Part shown: positions 1 through 9,439 of the stretch, one piece after another
Position numbering within the stretch: the first letter of the stretch is position 1
Layout: each line of letters starts with the position of its first letter
Assembly: GCA_016182095.1 (NCBI GenBank)
Contig: JACOXY010000014.1
Span: 7,234-71,233, forward strand
Direction of reading: 5' to 3'
DNA from: Candidatus Liptonbacteria bacterium
GTDB taxonomy: Bacteria > Patescibacteriota > Minisyncoccia > UBA6257 > JACOXY01
DNA: 64,000 nucleotides
Program-made: the position numbers and the translations under genes
The notes under the pieces: generated by a model
Told to the model about the DNA's origin: nothing
The model's input: only the letters and a program-made list of their open reading frames with translations
Database searches by the model: none

Positions 1-164
1 AATTTAGCGTCCAAAATATTATTGGCATGAAAGGCCAATTGCGGATGATGCTCTATAGGGCCAGATTTGTAGTAATATATTTTTTTGCCTCGGGACATGA
101 TTCCAGTGTTATTTATATAATCATAAAGCTAAAGAAGGGCGCTTTCAATAAGACAACAGCGAGC

Positions 165-1253
165 TTATTGCTCGCTGTAATTTTCGTAGGTTTCCATTGA
201 GTATAGGAAATTTGGCAATATTTTGTTAAAGTAATCTTCCTGCAAAAACTGAAACAAATCTTCCGGCTCGTAAAATAACCTTGAGACAGTGTTGAATTTC
301 TTGATAAAGGGACTTGCTTCCGCGGGGTGGACCACAAAAACATCTTTGGTGCCCAAATAGGCCAGAAGCCGTTCGTCGGTAACTCCGGGAGACGCCAAAA
401 CTCTGGGAAAATAAACAATATTTTTGTCGCTCTGTGCCAACTGCCACTTCATATCTCGGCGCACTGTTTGTTCATGCTCTGCGGATTCAATAATAAATCC
501 TTTAATTTTCAGCTTTTCTTCTCCGGCCGCAGTGCCCATGTCAACAGTCAGGGGATTAAAAACGACAAAATATTTGTTTAGCTCATTAATAAATTTCAGA
601 ATCTTTATTTGATCCTCCTTGCTGCGCAAATGGGTAATAGGCATGGACACATAAACTTTTTCAACCTCCGGATAAAAAACCAGGTTAAAAAGCGTGGAGA
701 GCGGCTGTCCCGAAGTAATGACGTAATGCGGCTTTCTGAAAATCCTAGCCACCAGTTTCGTGTCATTTACTTCAACATTCTGCCACAAGAGAATGTCTTT
801 GGATGTCAGATTCTGATATTTCCACTGATCTCTCTTGCCAATGCGCCCAAAAATTTCCGTACTGCCATCAATAAAGGTTACATACATATCCGGCTTAAGA
901 TCGGGAAAGTAGGCGGGGTCAAAAGCAATATCATAACCGACATTGTAGTAGAAGTCGGCGTGAGCGTTTATAATCAGCACATCGTTTTCCGCAAGCTCTT
1001 TCTTTAAATTAGAACCCTCTGGCCCGATGATTAGATCGTAAGCGTCGGCTTTGAGAGCGGTTAGAAGGTCTTCGTGGGCGTTATTGACATTTTTCGGCGA
1101 AAGATAAACGCCTATCTTCTCGGCTCGCTCGAAAAGCATTTTACCCAAATTATAAAGCTTAACTTTCTTTTTGTGTTTTTTGGCAAATTGCACAAAGGAT
1201 CTAAGATATTCTGATCTCCCCGATCCCGATATGCCAGTCGCGAAAACCAGCAT
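165..1253 (-). CDS. hypothetical protein with an N-terminal P-loop-like motif (ATGISGSGRS) and a C-terminal Rossmann-like half that resembles nucleoside 2-deoxyribosyltransferase; possible nucleotide-salvage enzyme
   Basis: 362-aa ORF read for motifs only; lies next to tmk; no database search was possible. Confidence 0.5.
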   Translation of the reverse strand: MLVFATGISGSGRSEYLRSFVQFAKKHKKKVKLYNLGKMLFERAEKIGVYLSPKNVNNAHEDLLTALKADAYDLIIGPEGSNLKKELAENDVLIINAHADFYYNVGYDIAFDPAYFPDLKPDMYVTFIDGSTEIFGRIGKRDQWKYQNLTSKDILLWQNVEVNDTKLVARIFRKPHYVITSGQPLSTLFNLVFYPEVEKVYVSMPITHLRSKEDQIKILKFINELNKYFVVFNPLTVDMGTAAGEEKLKIKGFIIESAEHEQTVRRDMKWQLAQSDKNIVYFPRVLASPGVTDERLLAYLGTKDVFVVHPAEASPFIKKFNTVSRLFYEPEDLFQFLQEDYFNKILPNFLYSMETYENYSEQ

Positions 1254-1331
1254 TTATTTACCTCATTTATGTATTTTCTACTAAAACAATCGCATAAAAA
1301 AAATAAAAAAACAAGCGCGCTTTGTGGCGCG

Positions 1332-1652
1332 CTAATTAGAGTATTTTGAATTCAGATCTTGAAGCATTTCTCGCCATCTGTCATCCGTGCCGCCCACGAT
1401 TTCCGCAGTCTTAAGAGGATAGAAAAAAGTCATGATATAGGGGCCGTCATCCGTAAGCGTCAATCTGAATGCGGCGCCCACATCAAACCTGCGGCAAAAG
1501 TCCTTGATAAATTGCTTACTCTGCAGCACCTTATCAGAAGATTCCCATTCGGAATAAGGAATAAATGTGAGGAGGGTTCTGAATTTAGCGGTGAAATCGG
1601 CAAGTTCTTTAAAGGATTCGCCGAAGCGCCCGATTAGTTCTCCTTGCTTCAT
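1332..1652 (-). CDS. hypothetical protein (106 aa)
   Basis: clean ORF between tmk and the P-loop ORF on the same strand; no recognisable motif. Confidence 0.45.
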   Translation of the reverse strand: MKQGELIGRFGESFKELADFTAKFRTLLTFIPYSEWESSDKVLQSKQFIKDFCRRFDVGAAFRLTLTDDGPYIMTFFYPLKTAEIVGGTDDRWREMLQDLNSKYSN

Positions 1653-1694
1653 TGGACCTCCTCGCCCCCTGGCTTTCCTGAAACTATTGCTATT

Positions 1695-2381
1695 TTACCA
1701 CAAATTGAGTTTAAAGCAAATGGTATTAAAGACTTCATCTAAAGACTCGCTAGCATCAATTGCATAAAGCGTCCTGTAAAAATCCTTATTTTTCAGAAGC
1801 TTTTTGTAGGCCGCCCTAGTTTTTTTTATCTTGGACAGAGTTTCATAGATGTCTGTCTGTTTGCCGGATAATTTGAGCCGCTCGACCGCAGTTTGCGGGT
1901 CAAGGTCAAAGTATAAAATAATGTCCGGCCGCAAATAGACATCTTCCAAAATTTGCTTTTGGCGCTTTCGCAGGGTTTCTTCGGAAATATCCTTGGTGGC
2001 TCCGTAGGCAAAAGTGCTCATTTCATACCTGTCCTGCAATACTGTTGCGCCCCTGGCTATTTTAGGGATAACGGTATGAATAAGATTTTCGCGCCTGTCG
2101 GCCATATAAATTGACTGACGCTCCAGTTCGGTAAGTTCCTTGCCATCTTCAAGCTTTTCAATAACCCCGGGTATGAGCTTTCTGTTTTTGGCCTCCTTTA
2201 TAAGCTCGGGCGATATTTCACGTTTTTCTACAATCCTCCTTATGATTTTGCCGTAAGGGCTTGCCTTGGTCGGCTCATGGTTAAAAAAGGCCCGCCCTCC
2301 CTTGGAGTTAATCCTGTCTGCCAACATTTTCATCTGCGTAGTTTTTCCGGTACATGTTATGCCCTCGGCAACTATGAACAT
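1695..2381 (-). CDS. tmk: thymidylate (dTMP) kinase
   Basis: N-terminal EGITCTGKTTQ P-loop and a DRY motif, 228 aa, typical Tmk layout. Confidence 0.85.
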   Translation of the reverse strand: MFIVAEGITCTGKTTQMKMLADRINSKGGRAFFNHEPTKASPYGKIIRRIVEKREISPELIKEAKNRKLIPGVIEKLEDGKELTELERQSIYMADRRENLIHTVIPKIARGATVLQDRYEMSTFAYGATKDISEETLRKRQKQILEDVYLRPDIILYFDLDPQTAVERLKLSGKQTDIYETLSKIKKTRAAYKKLLKNKDFYRTLYAIDASESLDEVFNTICFKLNLW

Positions 2382-2431
2382 AAAAATATAGTACCATATT
2401 GGGTACTATATTTTATAATGCAAAGTTTATT

Positions 2432-2860
2432 TTATTGCCCCTCGATTGTTATTCCCATTGATCTCGCCGTGCCTTCAATGATTTTTTCTGCCGCTTCAAT
2501 ATCGTGAGCATTTAAATCAACCATTTTTTTCTCTGCAATTTCACGCACTTGCGCCTTCGTTACCTTTCCTACTTTCGTCTTCAGGGGGTCGGCGGAACCC
2601 TTATCCAGACCGGCCGCTTTTTTTAAAAGCGCTGAAGCTGGCGGAGTTTTAAGCTTAAAAGTAAAACTCCTGTCTTCATATATGGTAATAACCGCGGGCA
2701 CCACGTCCCCCGTCATTTCTTTTGTGGAATCGTTAAATTGCTTACAGAAGTCCTGTATGTTTATGCCATGGGGCCCGAGCGCCGTTCCCACGGGAGGGGC
2801 CGGGTTCGCTTTTCCGGCCTCTAATTGCAATTTTAAAGTTGTTTTGATTTTCTTGGCCAT
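2432..2860 (-). CDS. rplK: 50S ribosomal protein L11
   Basis: MAKKI...[24 protein letters not shown] is the canonical L11 N-terminus; 142 aa. Confidence 0.95.
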   Translation of the reverse strand: MAKKIKTTLKLQLEAGKANPAPPVGTALGPHGINIQDFCKQFNDSTKEMTGDVVPAVITIYEDRSFTFKLKTPPASALLKKAAGLDKGSADPLKTKVGKVTKAQVREIAEKKMVDLNAHDIEAAEKIIEGTARSMGITIEGQ

Positions 2861-2987
2861 CCCTCACTCAAGAAGGGGTATTATTTTGCCTTCTTGTTAT
2901 TCTTAGTAATCCGTTACTAATCTTTTGGGTTATATTACCACCCCAGGGGGCATTAGGGCAAGAGCTTGCCCCTTCTTGAGTGAGGGA
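2860..2987. promoter_or_regulatory. family-1 long-range inverted repeat (TCCCTCACTCAAGAAGGGG, about 90 bp spacer, CCCCTTCTTGAGTGAGGGA) abutting the rplK start codon
   Basis: perfect 19-bp arms at 2860-2878 and 2969-2987; the proximal arm carries GAGTGAGGG directly before the ATG; the spacer (minus strand) holds TTGCCC-18-TAATAT, a plausible promoter. Confidence 0.5.
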
Positions 2988-3061
2988 TAAATCCAATCAT
3001 GCAAACAAATTTATGTATTTGGTTTACTTTTTGTAGTTCCGATATGAAGCGGAAACAAAAA

Positions 3062-3619
3062 CTATATTTTTTTCACCTGCAGTGAATCAATCTCCACCGC
3101 CGTATCTCTGCCGAAAATCGGCACCATAACCTTGACCTTGCCCTTCTCCTCATCTACTTCCGCAATCTTGCCATCATAATCCTTAAAGGGGCCGTCGGTA
3201 ATCTTTACCATCTCCCCCACGCGCAATTCAACGGTCATCTTGGGCTCACCTTCTCCCATCTGACCTAAAAGAAAATCAACTTCTTCCTTAGAAAGCGGGG
3301 TGGGCACGGTTGAGTCGGCGCCAACGAATCCAGTAACGCGCGGGGTATTTCGTACTATATACCATGATTCTTCGGTCAAAATCATGTCCACCAAAACATA
3401 TCCTGGATAAATTTTCTCCTCAATAGTCTGACGCTTGCCGTTTTTAATCCTTATCTTTTTTTCTTTTGGAACCAAGACATTGAAAATTTTGTCCCCGGCC
3501 TCAAGCGATTCTATTCTTTGCGTTAAGTAGCGAACGACGGCATCTTCGTATCCGGCGTAGGTGTGAATTGCGTACCAATGCCTATTTTTGGTTGTTTTTA
3601 CTTCTTGTTGGTCTTTCAT
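3062..3619 (-). CDS. nusG: transcription termination/antitermination factor NusG
   Basis: NGN and KOW regions (WYAIHTYAGYE... / ...GEMVKITDGPFKDYDGKI); conserved secE-nusG-rplK order. Confidence 0.9.
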   Translation of the reverse strand: MKDQQEVKTTKNRHWYAIHTYAGYEDAVVRYLTQRIESLEAGDKIFNVLVPKEKKIRIKNGKRQTIEEKIYPGYVLVDMILTEESWYIVRNTPRVTGFVGADSTVPTPLSKEEVDFLLGQMGEGEPKMTVELRVGEMVKITDGPFKDYDGKIAEVDEEKGKVKVMVPIFGRDTAVEIDSLQVKKI

Positions 3620-3767
3620 GGCACATAATGCGAAATTTGCAAATTTATTATGCCTATAGCCTGTCGGCTCGGCCGATTAAGGCGAATACCGCGAAAATTG
3701 ATTCTGAACTTTCGCACCATTCGCATACGGTTTTAGTTGTTTCGCATTATATATATAATTTTGAAAA

Positions 3768-4079
3768 CTATTGCATTGGCTCTGCCGGAGGAACTGTTGT
3801 TACGTCCACATCTCCGGTTGCGCCCACTCCCCCGACTTCAAAATTCGGTAAATTAGCTGATTCAAGCGGCGCGGCATTTGTTGGGTTATTGTCGCCCTGG
3901 ACTATCATTTTCACCCCTTCTAAAAACAAAAAATCAAATACACCCAGAAATGAGGCAAGGGCGACCGAAATAACAATAACAATGCCGGTTAAACGCATCG
4001 TCTCTTCTCTTGTGGGCCAATTAACGCGCATTAATTCCTTGCGGGATTCCTGCAGGAATAATTTGATTTTGTGAAACAT
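3768..4079 (-). CDS. secE: preprotein translocase subunit SecE, with a C-terminal extension
   Basis: LQESRKELMRVNWPTREETMRLTGIVIV followed by a TM helix is SecE-like; position upstream of nusG. Confidence 0.7.
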   Translation of the reverse strand: MFHKIKLFLQESRKELMRVNWPTREETMRLTGIVIVISVALASFLGVFDFLFLEGVKMIVQGDNNPTNAAPLESANLPNFEVGGVGATGDVDVTTVPPAEPMQ

Positions 4080-4161
4080 GCTAAATTTATTTTCCGCCTT
4101 AGGCGGATCAGCTTTGGCTGAAAATTGATTAATCGATAAAATTTAACTATAAATTCTTGCA

Positions 4162-4196
4162 CCCCGTTAGATGGCGGCTCCGCCTATCTAACGGGG
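4162..4196. terminator. about 16-bp intergenic hairpin (CCCCGTTAGATGGCGG/CCGCCTATCTAACGGGG) between the gyrB 3' end and secE
   Basis: near-perfect palindrome seen in the sequence; only a weak T-run, so terminator function is uncertain. Confidence 0.35.
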
Positions 4197-4386
4197 TAAG
4201 GTTTTGTAACTGCAATTTGTTCGCGTCTACGCTCCAAATTTTAGACAAAGCCCTTAAAAAAGAGCGGAGCGCCCTTATTTGTTACATGATACCAGAAAAT
4301 CCCAAAAAAGCAACTCCCCTTCCCCCGAAGACTGCCCAACTAAAGTCCTTGAACATAAGTTAATTATACCACATTAACATTAAAAT

Positions 4387-7300
4387 CTAAATATCTAAAT
4401 TTTTGACCCCAGCGGCGTGAGTTTGGATAAATTGTTTTCTGGGCTCAACTTCGTCGCCCATTAAAATATCAAAAAGTTTATCGGCGTCTTCGGCATCTTT
4501 TACGGTTACAACCAGCATTTTGCGGGTAGCGGGATTCATGGTGGTATCCCAAAGCTGATCCGGATTCATCTCGCCCAAACCTTTATATCGCTGAACATTA
4601 ACCGCAACTCGCCTATCCCCCGCCGCCTCTTCAGCGTCCGCTTTCTCCGCTTCTTTTAATTCATGCTTTCCGGCTCGCGCTTTGCCAAATTTCACGATGA
4701 TCGCTTCTTTTTCGTTTTCATTATATGCATACTGAACCTCTTTGCCTGATTGAATTCTAAAAAGCGGCGGCTGGGCTATGTAAAGATAGCCGCCATGAAT
4801 AACCTGCGGAAAATAACGATAGAAAAGGGTGAGTAGCAGGGTGCGAATGTGCGCCCCATCAACGTCGGCATCGGTCATAATAACAATCTTGTGGTAACGA
4901 ATTTTTTCTATATTAAAGTCCTGGGCGATGGCGGTCCCCAGAGCCATCACCAGCGCGCGGATTTCTTTATTGGCAAGCATTTTATCTATGCGCGATTTTT
5001 CTACATTCAAAATTTTCCCGCGCAAAGGAAGTATTGCCTGCGTGCGCCGATCGCGGCCCATTTTTCCGCTATTGTGCACAAACACGCCAGAAGCCAATGC
5101 GAAATTATGAGTTTTAGGAACTTCAAGGTCATAAACATCAACTTTTTCATTAAGCCAAAGGATTTCTTTAATTTTGTGGTTATGACGCTCTACTGCTTCA
5201 ACTAAATTTCTTGCGTCGCTTCCAAAAAATCTTTTAACAATAGTTTCGGCGCGTAGCAAGTTTTTGTCATTAGTTGCTTTTCTTAGATTCTCATACTCAC
5301 TAAAGTCAATTTCGCCTTTAGTTTCGTAGATACCGCGCAAAGCTTGCAGGGCTTTCTGCTTATAGGTTTCGTTATAAGCAAGTTTTCTCCTTAAACGAAA
5401 TTCGGGCGTCCATTGATCTTTGGTTTTGCCGCTGCGCCATTTTTTAAGCTTCTCATCATTCCATTGTATTTTAGCGAATTCGGAGTAAGCAAGACGTTTT
5501 TCTGGATGGTTTTCAAAATAAGCTCGCGTGCGATTCGCTTGATCGCGCCGATTTTTTTCTTCTGACCAATATTCTTTTTGCGCTCTGCTTAAAATGCTCG
5601 CGCTCTGTGCCCGATAGGCCGCATTATTGTGATAAAAATCCAAAAATTTATCAGTCATAAATTGCTTATAATCTTTGTCTTGCCACTGTTTTTGGGCACG
5701 CTCACTTAGCATCTTTCTCATTTGTGGAGTAGACATGCTGGCTCTAATTTTATTCCTGTATTCAGGTGTCTGCCTTATTAGACGAAGTTTTTCTAAAACT
5801 TGAGGGGATCGCAAAAAAATATCCGCCATTTTACGATGCAGGCCTAAATGATCTTCGCTTGAAAGTCGTGTAATATTTTCCGGGTTATTGTTTAGTTTAT
5901 TGAAATCTATATGGTGTCTGTGCGCGCCAATGCTTTTTTCGTAAATATTATTTTTCAGATTATAGTCGTCAGATAGCATGTGGGTAAAAATCCATTTCTG
6001 GTTCTGCGAATTAAAAACCATTTCGTATCCGTCAATTGTAATGCGACCGCCAATTTTGGATATTTTTTTGTATAACGGCATTAGCGAGTCTTGCGATAAA
6101 AGATCCCTAGCTTTTTTATAAGAACCATTAAGAAGCATGAATTCGTGGTCTGGCGTACAAATAATTTCCTCGCCATTATCAAGCACAACTTTAACAACTT
6201 CTGTATTCTTTTTAGTAATCCTAGGATAAACTATTTTCTGTATTGCAACTGCCCCATCTTTATCAATGGTGTAGCAATAGTTTTGTATGCCTTTTTTATC
6301 CTCATGGACCAAATCCTTAAAAGACAAATTGCGTCCATCAGCCAGTGAAACTTTTGTGTTGCCCGAAAAACATCCTCCGGCTGAATCGCCTTCCACTATA
6401 AACAATTCCGATTCGGCCGGGTCTCGCGATGAGCAATCGGCTAATTTCCCTGGCAAGGTTAAGCCCTCAAGAATTCCTTTTCGCAAAACGGTGTCTTTCG
6501 CGGCCTTAGCGGCTTTGCGAGCTTTAGCCGCAAGCAAACACTTTTCAACCATTCTCCGCGCGTCAGCCGGATGTTTCTCTAAAAATTCTTTCAAAGACTC
6601 GCTTACCACCGATTCAACAACCGTTCTCGCCTCCGGAGTCCCAAGGCGGGCTTTGGTTTGCCCTTCAAATTGCGGTTGGGAAAGTTTAACGGAAATGACC
6701 GCCACCAAACCTTCGCGCACGTCATCGCCCGTCAAATTGTCGTCTTTTTCCTTTAAGTAACCCTCGGTTCGCGCGTAAGAATTGATGGCGCGGCTCAAAG
6801 CCGATTTAAACCCGGTTGAGTGCATGCCGCCATCGGAAGTATAGATGTTGTTGGCAAAACTTAACTCTTTTGATTCAATATCCTCGGTATAAGTAAAAGC
6901 TACTTCTACTTCTATGTTATTTTCGCTTTTTTGGATGTAAAAAGGATCGTCCTGCAGAACTTTCGCGGCAGGAGTAAGGTGCCGCAAAAACGAAAGCAGT
7001 CCGCCGTCAAATTTAAGGGCGTAATATTTTGGCGCGTCAGTCCTTAAATCCCAAAAGTCAATTCTAACTCCCTTTGTTAAAAACGCCTGCTGGCGCAAGT
7101 GGTCCAAAATATACTTCCAATCAAATTTAATCTCTCCGCCACCGGTTGAAAAAATCTCCGGGTCTGGCTCAAAAATAACTTTAGTGCCAATTTGATCGCA
7201 TTTACCGACCCTCTTCACGACTTTCTTCGCCTTGCCTCGTTCATATTCTTGCTCATAAAGATAGCCATCCCGACAAACTTCGGCTTTAAGATAAATTGAG

Positions 7301-7716
7301 AGCGCGTTAACCACAGAAACCCCAACGCCATGCAAACCACCGGAAACTTTATAAGAATCACCGCCAAATTTGCCCCCGGCGTGAAGCGTGGTCATAACTG
7401 TTTCCAGGGCGGATTTTTTCGTCTGCTTATGAATATCAACCGGGATGCCGCGCCCATTATCGGTAACCGCCACCCTATTCCCCGGCAAAAGCTCAACTTT
7501 GATAGCAGTGGCATACCCAGCCATCGCCTCATCAATAGAATTATCAACCACTTCCCAAATCAGGTGGTGCAAGCCGGCGCTGTCGGTTGTGCCAATATAC
7601 ATCCCGGGGCGCTTTCTTACCGGCTCAAGACCCTCCAAAACATAGATGTCCTTTGCTTCATAGCTCGCGTGCTTTGACGCGTCTGGAGTTTTTTTAGTTT
7701 CTTTTACTTTTGCCAT
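4387..7716 (-). CDS. gyrB: DNA gyrase subunit B, interrupted by an in-frame intein
   Basis: 1109-aa ORF; GHKL ATPase motifs, TOPRIM EGDSAGG and a C-terminal GyrB tail; host protein is about 675 aa once the 434-aa intein is removed. Confidence 0.95.
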   Translation of the reverse strand: MAKVKETKKTPDASKHASYEAKDIYVLEGLEPVRKRPGMYIGTTDSAGLHHLIWEVVDNSIDEAMAGYATAIKVELLPGNRVAVTDNGRGIPVDIHKQTKKSALETVMTTLHAGGKFGGDSYKVSGGLHGVGVSVVNALSIYLKAEVCRDGYLYEQEYERGKAKKVVKRVGKCDQIGTKVIFEPDPEIFSTGGGEIKFDWKYILDHLRQQAFLTKGVRIDFWDLRTDAPKYYALKFDGGLLSFLRHLTPAAKVLQDDPFYIQKSENNIEVEVAFTYTEDIESKELSFANNIYTSDGGMHSTGFKSALSRAINSYARTEGYLKEKDDNLTGDDVREGLVAVISVKLSQPQFEGQTKARLGTPEARTVVESVVSESLKEFLEKHPADARRMVEKCLLAAKARKAAKAAKDTVLRKGILEGLTLPGKLADCSSRDPAESELFIVEGDSAGGCFSGNTKVSLADGRNLSFKDLVHEDKKGIQNYCYTIDKDGAVAIQKIVYPRITKKNTEVVKVVLDNGEEIICTPDHEFMLLNGSYKKARDLLSQDSLMPLYKKISKIGGRITIDGYEMVFNSQNQKWIFTHMLSDDYNLKNNIYEKSIGAHRHHIDFNKLNNNPENITRLSSEDHLGLHRKMADIFLRSPQVLEKLRLIRQTPEYRNKIRASMSTPQMRKMLSERAQKQWQDKDYKQFMTDKFLDFYHNNAAYRAQSASILSRAQKEYWSEEKNRRDQANRTRAYFENHPEKRLAYSEFAKIQWNDEKLKKWRSGKTKDQWTPEFRLRRKLAYNETYKQKALQALRGIYETKGEIDFSEYENLRKATNDKNLLRAETIVKRFFGSDARNLVEAVERHNHKIKEILWLNEKVDVYDLEVPKTHNFALASGVFVHNSGKMGRDRRTQAILPLRGKILNVEKSRIDKMLANKEIRALVMALGTAIAQDFNIEKIRYHKIVIMTDADVDGAHIRTLLLTLFYRYFPQVIHGGYLYIAQPPLFRIQSGKEVQYAYNENEKEAIIVKFGKARAGKHELKEAEKADAEEAAGDRRVAVNVQRYKGLGEMNPDQLWDTTMNPATRKMLVVTVKDAEDADKLFDILMGDEVEPRKQFIQTHAAGVKNLDI
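5071..6372 (-). other. intein (Hint splicing domain with an HNH endonuclease-like domain and a basic repeat-rich region) in gyrB, inserted immediately after EGDSAGG
   Basis: starts with Cys (CFSGNTKVSLADG...TPDHEF), ends ...VYDLEVPKTHNFALASGVFVHN followed by Ser+1; internal HRHHIDFNKLNNNPENITRLSSEDH is an HNH motif; residues 449-882 of the ORF. Confidence 0.8.
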
Positions 7717-7907
7717 TTTTAAATGAAGAGCGTAGCGATGAATCTACAAAAATGAGCACCCCGCTCTAATTTTGCTATCACCATATCTTAAAATTCAGTT
7801 GGAACTATTTATATGATATTTGGTGCGACCTGCGCGTGCCGAATAGGCACATCCCGCTAATGGGCGAAGCGGGTCGCCATGGCATATTCCGCAAAATTAG
7901 AGCGGGG
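7717..7907. promoter_or_regulatory. family-2 element upstream of gyrB: conserved leader (AAGAGCGTAGCGAT...GAGCACCCCGCTCTAATTTTGC) whose far partner GCAAAATTAGAGCGGGG lies about 115 bp away; the spacer carries GC-rich local hairpins
   Basis: 17-bp perfect inverted repeat at 7759-7775 and 7891-7907; the leader is shared with the parB and rpsR upstream regions. Confidence 0.45.
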
Positions 7908-8242
7908 TAGCCATCTCAACAAAATAATGCTCCCCCCAGGAGCTAGATTTTCTTAATATTTTATACTTACAGTTTAGCATAAAACGAGTCTAAAAACAAC
8001 AGAAATTGGACTTAAAAAGCAACGCTACCCCGCACTAAATTCCGCACATTATTTGCTCTAAACTGCTTTTATTATCGTCACGGAAACCGCCTCAACTCCG
8101 GGTAGTGAATTGAATGAGTTTCGGCTTTGGCAAGCGCTCTTTGTTCGCTAACATAGAGAATTAGCGCGGGGTTCTGTTGCTTGTAGCTTTTCGAACTGCG
8201 CGCTTCGCGCTTGTTCTTAAAGACAAGCAACGAAAAAGAGGG

Positions 8243-8704
8243 CTATTTGCCCTCTCCATAATACGTGAAAACCAAGTTCGCGAGCCTCACAATAGCTTCT
8301 TCAAAAGTGGGCGCGCCACAGCAAAGGCGATGATCAACGCTGGGCTGACCGTCAGGAAATATCTTTCTCATTTCTTCCGCTTGCCCGGGGTAAGCAGTAA
8401 ACTCCTTTTCATAGTCGTTGACCTTGATCAATGGCCCGCACTCCAGCCAAACACGAGTTTCGGTATTTTTCGCCTCATCGTCATCAACTTCTTTAGTCAA
8501 GGGATTTACCTTGACCGCATCCCAGTCAAGGTACACATTAAAAGCGCTTCCCAAAATTCCATCATCAAAAATCGGGTGCTCCTCCAAAAATCTGCACGAT
8601 TCGTAGAAATCGGTAAATCTTTCTTGCGGTTCACCAGAAATAAAATCTCCAAGCATTTCTCTCGGCGACTTGCCACCAGGAAGTTTTCCAAAGCCAACAG
8701 CCAT
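8243..8704 (-). CDS. hypothetical protein (153 aa)
   Basis: clean ORF, no recognised motif. Confidence 0.5.
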   Translation of the reverse strand: MAVGFGKLPGGKSPREMLGDFISGEPQERFTDFYESCRFLEEHPIFDDGILGSAFNVYLDWDAVKVNPLTKEVDDDEAKNTETRVWLECGPLIKVNDYEKEFTAYPGQAEEMRKIFPDGQPSVDHRLCCGAPTFEEAIVRLANLVFTYYGEGK

Positions 8705-8821
8705 TACAACCTACCTTTCTGTAAGAGTAGCTGATATTCTTATAGCAAAGTGAGTAAAAATTAGCAAATTTGACTTATGGGACTAATAGGACTTATAAGT
8801 CTTATAAGACCAATAAAACAT

Positions 8822-9370
8822 ATGTCTTATAAAGATTTAAAATCCTACCAGCAAGCGACAATAGTTTATGACTTTACTTTTGAATTCTGCAATCGTTACA
8901 TTGATAAAAGATCGCGCACTCACGATCAAATGGTGCAAGCCGCGCGCTCCGGGAAGCAAAACACAGTAGAAGGTTCCAGCGAAAAAACATCAGAAAAAAG
9001 CGAGCTGAAATTAATCGGGATAGCGCGTGGCTCATTGCAAAAACTTTTGGAAGATTATGAGGATTACTTAAGACAAAATGGGTTAAAACAATGGGGGAAA
9101 GACGGTCGGCGAGCAATTGAAATTAGAAATTTGTCTTATATGTTAAATAGGTCTTATTTGACCTATGAGTCTTATATTGGGAATCAAGAAGCCGCGGCTA
9201 ATGTAGCGATTTGCTTAATCCACCAGACAAACTATTTATTGGATCGCCAGATTAAAACATTAGAAAATGAATTTGTCTTGCGCGGCGGCTACAATGAAAA
9301 TCTCACAAGAAAACGCAACGAAGAGAAGAAAAGGGATATAATACAAAATTTTTGGAGAAAACAGCAATAA
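8822..9370 (+). CDS. four-helix-bundle protein (the family found in 23S rRNA intervening sequences) with a C-terminal suffix domain
   Basis: MSYKDLKSYQQA...MVQAARSGKQNTVEGSSEK...LKLIGIARGSLQKLLEDY matches the family signature; start placed at Met16 of the ORF; flanked by CTTATAAG/GTCTTAT palindromic repeats. Confidence 0.65.
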   Translation: MSYKDLKSYQQATIVYDFTFEFCNRYIDKRSRTHDQMVQAARSGKQNTVEGSSEKTSEKSELKLIGIARGSLQKLLEDYEDYLRQNGLKQWGKDGRRAIEIRNLSYMLNRSYLTYESYIGNQEAAANVAICLIHQTNYLLDRQIKTLENEFVLRGGYNENLTRKRNEEKKRDIIQNFWRKQQ

Positions 9371-9439
9371 AAAATACGGTTCGCAAACCGCATTTTATAA
9401 GTCCCATGGGGCCTATTGGACTAATAAGTCTTATAGGAC

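Noticed and set aside
2860-2987. MITE interpretation of the family-1 and family-2 inverted repeats
   Set aside because: The arms differ between copies but stay perfectly complementary within each copy (compensatory changes). That is not expected for independently decaying transposon ends. No target-site duplications were seen.
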